A stretch of DNA of 64,000 nucleotides from positions 2,604,001 to 2,668,000 of the forward strand of contig JBLDXI010000002.1 of assembly GCA_047495785.1 (NCBI GenBank), read 5' to 3'. The notes beneath the pieces are model-generated. The model ran no database searches, had not been told where the DNA came from, and saw nothing but the letters and a program-made list of their open reading frames with translations. Positions 62,429 through 64,000 of this stretch are shown here, piece after piece; the stretch's first letter is position 1; each line of letters begins with the position of its first letter. This DNA is from Lepidodermella squamata (lineage: Eukaryota > Animalia > Gastrotricha). The position numbers and the translations under genes were made by a program.

Positions 62429-63300
62429 GGTGAGGCGTTCAGGCAGAAATAGTCATAGCAAACAGGTTTAAATTGCGTCTTGTCAGATTGCCAAGATAGA
62501 TTGTTTGATTCGAGAAAAGTGCGATGCACGGGTAGATGGATAATGATATAACAACATTATGTCGTCATCGTTCGCTTCATCTCATACCACTATCTGGCCG
62601 TCAGTTATTGAGTGCGCCATCGCCCGACACAAGTGCGGTCCAGAGCGAAGCCTCTATAAATTATATAAACCGATTGCCTCTCGTGAAAAAATGGCGATGA
62701 AGAAAGGCAATTCAATACTTTTGGTAATTTTCGTAATTCGGCGAGAATTCCCTGTATAGAACGATTCGCTTGATATTATTTGCGCAGCAACTTATGCGGC
62801 GCCCGATATGCATTGAGAGTCTTGGGGGGTCGTGGGTGCCTCATCCACTCATTTATTGCGTAAAAAATATCAACATCATTTTATACTGATAAAAAGACGA
62901 TCAGAGAGAAAAATAACGCTAAAAATCGCAATTAGGTCTTCGTCGAACGATATCGCCCTAGGGATAACTTGAATTCGTCAGTCTAAAACCTTGCATCGAT
63001 TATTTTTTTTGCTATGCTCTTCGCATACTTCCCGCGATAATGATTATAATCACGGATGCTCCACAGTCAATATTATCTTAGGAACCCGATAAGATAATGT
63101 TAGAAATTTAATTGGGGCGGATCCCTTATACTTTCATCACTTCTTGAAAGGTAAGCAAAAACACTGCATATTACCGTGAATTTTTATTGCTAGCGCAATG
63201 TGCTTTGTAACAAGATGTAGTTATCGGCAAAAACTTGGCAACATATTGAAAAATACCAGCATGAGATTAATTGGGATGAGAAATTAAAAATGATCAGAAC

Positions 63301-64000
63301 TCAAAGCCCATAAACTGATAAAATAAAGATTGCAAAGGTAGTCGTAGAGGCTTGCTGGCAGATTTTATCTGCTGATGACGACATGAAATTCTGAGCTGTA
63401 TACCCACGGACCTGCAGCAATTCGACTATGTCGGTGAACTGCGAAGCCCGCGCAACGTCCATTGCGCTCTGTTTATACACGTCCATTGCTTGGATATTCG
63501 CTCCTTTTTCAAGCAACCAGCGAACCACGTTTGTATGACCCTTCTCCGCCGCCCAAATCAGCGGGGTTCGGCCGAACTGGACGTCTCTGGCTTCGAGATC
63601 AACGCCCATTTCGATGAACATCTTCGCCATGTCGATTTTCGATGAATATATCGCAGAAATCAGCGCTGTGAATCCATCCTCTGCCACGACGTTGACATTC
63701 GCTCCGTAACTTATCAAGAGGTCTGCTAATTCTGGCGTGTAAGCTGCCATCAGCGCAGTGTATCCGGTATTAGTGGTAGCGTCAACTTTCGCACCCTTCT
63801 GAAGCAAATACGTGGCGACGTTCGCTTGACTGTATTCCGCAGCTTCTATCAACGGAGTAGCTCCACTGCCACTCTTCATCTCAAGAGGGGCCCCTTTATC
63901 AAGCAGATACGTGACAATGTCAAGATGGCCTCTTGCTGCGGCGATGTGAAGAGCAGTCGAATTCTTCGACCCTTCACGGGCTTCAATATTCGCCCCGGCT
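63301..64000 (-). CDS. Paralogous ankyrin-repeat protein, 3' part, with GPI-signal-like tail; 5' end outside the window
   Basis: Frame open to the window edge (NSTALHIAA, ATPLIEAA, GYTALMAA, GRTPLIWAA); C-terminus SSSADKICQQASTTTFAIFILSVYGL*. Confidence 0.85.
   Translation of the reverse strand, partial: AGANIEAREGSKNSTALHIAAARGHLDIVTYLLDKGAPLEMKSGSGATPLIEAAEYSQANVATYLLQKGAKVDATTNTGYTALMAAYTPELADLLISYGANVNVVAEDGFTALISAIYSSKIDMAKMFIEMGVDLEARDVQFGRTPLIWAAEKGHTNVVRWLLEKGANIQAMDVYKQSAMDVARASQFTDIVELLQVRGYTAQNFMSSSADKICQQASTTTFAIFILSVYGL

Overview
Eukaryotic (animal) genomic DNA, not prokaryotic. It is gene-dense, with many ~45-65 nt GT-AG introns and frequent TTTTCAG-type acceptors, which suggests a nematode or similar compact invertebrate genome (inference). 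All gene models were spliced by hand. Conserved anchors are DHX9/RNA helicase A (19558-28210, -) and a MAST kinase (30049-37556, -). A 14.5-kb plus-strand island (4914-19449) contains only secretory-pathway genes: three signal-peptide proteins with a dynein-light-chain(LC8)-like domain, a tandemly duplicated LamG/pentraxin-C-type-lectin receptor (copy 1 broken by a tRNA-derived SINE and truncated; copy 2 continues into TM plus tyrosine kinase but carries a frameshift and an in-frame TAG), and five Ly6/three-finger-like genes, four with a C-terminal CX10C motif. Also present: a partial class A GPCR, two 3xKunitz genes, a TRIM-like RING-Bbox-CC gene, a Bbox-CC-NHR gene, a His-less serine-protease homologue with a large insert, five LIM genes (one with a transmembrane helix and 7 LIMs), two ankyrin-repeat genes with membrane-anchor-like tails, a nested ankyrin pseudogene, MITEs, a 97-bp-arm palindrome and a Harbinger transposase relic. 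Domain calls come from motif recognition only; no database searches were run.
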